Source of the DNA: the human T2T-CHM13v2.0 reference genome, Homo sapiens
Length of the DNA stretch: 64,000 nt
Reading direction: 5' to 3' (one strand)
Assembly (NCBI RefSeq): GCF_009914755.1
Contig: NC_060929.1
The notes under the pieces are model-generated. The model searched no databases. It was not told the DNA's origin and was given only the letters and a program-made list of their open reading frames with translations. The position numbers and the translations under genes were made by a program. Each line of letters opens with the position of its first letter. Position 1 is the first letter of the stretch. Positions 62,642-64,000 of the stretch are shown here, piece by piece.

Positions 62642-64000
62642 CCTGGAAGCCAAGAGAAGATGGAGTATCAAGGGGAGAGGAATCAGTTGTATCAAGTGCT
62701 GCTAAGATGAGGTTAGTAACGTAAGGTTTGGAAATTGAACATTGGATTAAGCTCCATGGATTTCACAAGGACTAAAAAAGACAAAATCGCTGCCTTTGTG
62801 GAACTTACATTCTGATGATTGACTTGGAAATTTAATAGCAAATAGAACAGAAAAAAATGTCCTGCCTTCATGGGTTGGGATGTAGTAGGCATTCTGAAGG
62901 ACCTGCTGTTCTTGGAATAGTAAATTTCATTCTCTCCACCTTCTAAGCTTTGTATGTTCTCTGTGTTTAGACTGCCCTTTGCTGTCTTATTCTGCTGGTG
63001 TACATCTGTCTATTCATTTCTTTAGGATTCAGCTCAAATGTGTATTCCTTTGGGCAGCTGTCTCTGAACTTTGCAGGCAAAATTAAATGCTTGCCCTGAA
63101 TATTCCTGTGTTTTTCTTATGCCTGTATTTTTCTCATTGCTGTAATGATGGCCCATTTCTACATCTTTCCTTGATGAGCCCACTGACTGATAATGGCTGC
63201 GATCTTCATCTTTGTATCTCAGGGCCTGCCACCATCCTTGGCACATAGTAGATCCTATGTTTCTCTACATCTTTAGAGACTGAAGGAATCAAGTAATTAA
63301 CCTGGGATTAAGATATTGAGATCTGATCCAAGGCAGAGGGACCACAAGACCTACTCCATGGGGGGATGTAAATGGTTGTCAGTAGAACTGTGCTTATTTC
63401 TGTCTCTGGACCATTTGACACTCTGTCTTTATCATTCTCTCTCCTGATTTGAATATCTAATCTGGGGCCTGAAACAATCAATGTGCTATATTATAAAATA
63501 AAACTTGTTTGCTTTTCTATTCAGAGACCTTTTATTGCTAAAATTTTCCACTTGTTACCTTTTCTTTCTCAATCAATTTACACTTTGAATTTATTCATTT
63601 GTTTAGCAATTTCCATTTTATTTTCATCTCCTCATGTTTTCTTAAAACTAAGTTACTTCTTAGCATCATGGTTACATCAGGGATCATTTGGTTGCAAGGA
63701 ACAAAAACATGTTCAATCTACTTTAATAAGCAGCAGTTTATTGCATTGATATAATAGGCAATGTCATGGGCATCCACAGGCAGGGACTTAATACAACAGG
63801 GTCTCTTGTGTTCCACATGAGCACTTGTACTGAACTGTCAGTCATCACATGGACTCTCACCCTTGCTTCTCTCTTTGCTTTTATTCACTCTCTCCTTAGC
63901 CATCTTTCTTTTCTCGCATGTCTAAAACAGGGCTGCCAGAACCCATCACCTGATAGCTCCACTCAGCTGACTTTGTTTCACATTCCCATGTGAGAGGATC

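Noticed and set aside
62800-64000. IL31RA exons expected from synteny
   Set aside because: No recognisable IL31RA coding sequence in the window

Overview
This is human (or great-ape) genomic DNA. Bases ~2.2-39.4 kb hold the last 15 exons (probably exons 8-22) and the 3' UTR of DDX4/VASA on the + strand. All splice junctions are GT-AG and the exons join in frame, ending ...DDESWD*. The introns are rich in Alu, LTR and DNA-transposon remnants. The largest intron carries an antisense full-length L1PA with an 18-bp TSD. This L1 looks chimeric (two 3' ends of different age), carries a short 3' transduction, and has an open ORF0 whose first splice donor is in frame with the next DDX4 exon. Downstream of DDX4 are an orphan CpG island with a strong splice donor (~44.0-44.4 kb), a short spliced ING2b retro-fragment next to an MST LTR (~54.9-55.1 kb), and a near full-length HNRNPH1 processed pseudogene (- strand, ~60.3-62.4 kb) nested in a hAT element inside an L2. 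No wholly new biological system is demonstrated. The best testable candidate is an L1-antisense-promoter ORF0::DDX4 fusion transcript. Repeat subfamily names come from recalled consensus sequences and their boundaries are approximate.
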